Source of the DNA: Alphaproteobacteria bacterium
Lineage (GTDB): Bacteria; Pseudomonadota; Alphaproteobacteria; Micavibrionales; Micavibrionaceae
Direction: 5' to 3'
Assembly (NCBI GenBank): GCA_020443075.1
Contig: JAGRIU010000034.1
Location: forward strand, 23,421-87,420
DNA: 64,000 bases
Numbering within the stretch: position 1 is the stretch's first letter; every line of letters starts with the position of its first letter. The notes below the pieces were generated by a model. It had not been told where the DNA came from. It saw only the letters and a program-made list of their open reading frames with translations, and did not search any database. The position numbers and the translations under genes were made by a program. Below, one piece after another: positions 63,051 through 64,000 of the stretch.

Positions 63051-64000
63051 CTAAGCTGCTTCTTCGCTGCTCACCAGCTTTTTCGGCAAATTCAGCTTTA
63101 AATGCAGATCTTTAAGCTGCTGCTCCAGAGCCTCGCTAGGAGCACCCATCATCTGGTCTTCATATTGACCGTTCATCACAAACGCGTAGACTTCGCGTAA
63201 ATTCGGCTCATCGGCCAGCAACATGACAATTCGGTCGATCCCGAAGGCCAGCCCGCCATGCGGCGGCGCGCCGAAGCGCATAGCGTTCAACATGCCGCCG
63301 AACTTGGCTTCCAGCACATCCTTACCGTATCCGGCCAGACCAAAGGCCTTTTCCATGATTTCCGGCTTGTGGTTTCGGATCGCACCCGAAGCCAGCTCGA
63401 ACCCGTTACAGACGCAGTCATACTGGAAAGCATAGATGTCGAGTGGGTCTTTATTCTCCAGATCATCCATCCCGCCTTGCGGCATAGAAAACGGGTTGTG
63501 CGAGAAGTCGATTTTCTGATGCGCTTCGTCGAATTCATACATCGGGAAATCGACAATCCAGCAGAATTTATAAACGCCTTGCTCCCGCGCGGCTTTATGC
63601 CCTTCAGGCAGGGCGCTGCAAATCGCATCCCGCGCTGCGCCTGCGAATTTCGCGGCTTTGCTTTCGCTGTTACAGACAAAGAACACCGCATCGCCGTCTT
63701 CTGCGCCGCAAATCTCGCGGAGTTGGGCTTGCGCCGCTTCCGGGATGAACTTTGCGATCGGGCCCTTACCTTCGCCGCCTTCAAACAAGACATAGCCAAG
63801 CCCCGGCGCGCCTTCGCTCTGCGCCCAGCCATTGAGCTTGTCAAAGAAGCTGCGCGGCTGGTCCGCCACGGCCGGTGCGCGGATCGCCCGCACCACGCCG
63901 CCCTTTTCAATCACGCCCTTAAACGCCTTAAACTCCACATCATCGCGCGCGAAAACATCCGTCACATCGCAGATTTCCAGCGGATTGCGCAAGTCCGGCT
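63051..64000 (-). CDS. aspS: Aspartate--tRNA ligase, C-terminal part (5' end lies outside the window)
   Basis: GAD insertion domain, class II motif 2/3 region ([37 protein letters not shown]). The frame is open to the window edge. Confidence 0.95.
   Translation of the reverse strand, partial: PDLRNPLEICDVTDVFARDDVEFKAFKGVIEKGGVVRAIRAPAVADQPRSFFDKLNGWAQSEGAPGLGYVLFEGGEGKGPIAKFIPEAAQAQLREICGAEDGDAVFFVCNSESKAAKFAGAARDAICSALPEGHKAAREQGVYKFCWIVDFPMYEFDEAHQKIDFSHNPFSMPQGGMDDLENKDPLDIYAFQYDCVCNGFELASGAIRNHKPEIMEKAFGLAGYGKDVLEAKFGGMLNAMRFGAPPHGGLAFGIDRIVMLLADEPNLREVYAFVMNGQYEDQMMGAPSEALEQQLKDLHLKLNLPKKLVSSEEAA

Noticed and set aside
1-64000. Search for tRNA, rRNA, tmRNA, integrase or transposase genes
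   Set aside because: Every intergenic gap longer than about 100 nt was read by eye. None showed a cloverleaf-like acceptor/T-arm pattern or rRNA-like sequence, and no ORF showed DDE or tyrosine-recombinase motifs. A tRNAscan/Infernal run would be needed for certainty.

Overview
This is a 64-kb chromosomal window with GC in the mid-50s % by hand counts. Gene content looks alphaproteobacterial: GcrA, a DivK-PleD pair, a DUF1849/EipB-like protein, a single RelA/SpoT homolog and sdhCDA. I cannot name the species. About 50 protein genes are supportable. I recognised no rRNA, tRNA, CRISPR array, transposase or integrase. Most of the window is housekeeping: polA, rpmI-rplT, pheST, fadD, an RND efflux pair, gcrA, acpS-lepB-rnc-era, apt, spoT, rpmG, rnr, sdhCDA, asd, pyrB-plsY, dprA-topA, divK-pleD and aspS. 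The main candidate for a novel system is a 10.7-kb type IV filament-like cluster at 40220-50887. It encodes a receiver, lipoprotein secretin, multi-Ig protein, GspE-type ATPase, GspF-type platform, two bitopic assembly proteins, two large pilin-like subunits and a divergent short prepilin peptidase. Its gene order is unusual, the subunits lack Glu5, and a perfect CtrA-box motif lies inside the cluster. A paralogous subunit gene sits 40 kb away at 662-1366. Other accessory features are listed below.
- An AT-rich 1.6-kb islet at 28092-29678 contains small ORFs missed by the ORF track and homopolymer tracts.
- An AT-richer two-gene cassette lies at 11018-12157.
- A proline-repeat protein with a PEP-CTERM-like tail lies at 56506-58041.
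- A degenerate GGDEF protein that keeps its I-site lies at 61259-62059.
- A 150-bp inverted-repeat element overlaps the plsY stop codon.
All functional calls come from reading motifs by eye in the supplied translations. No database search or folding computation was run.
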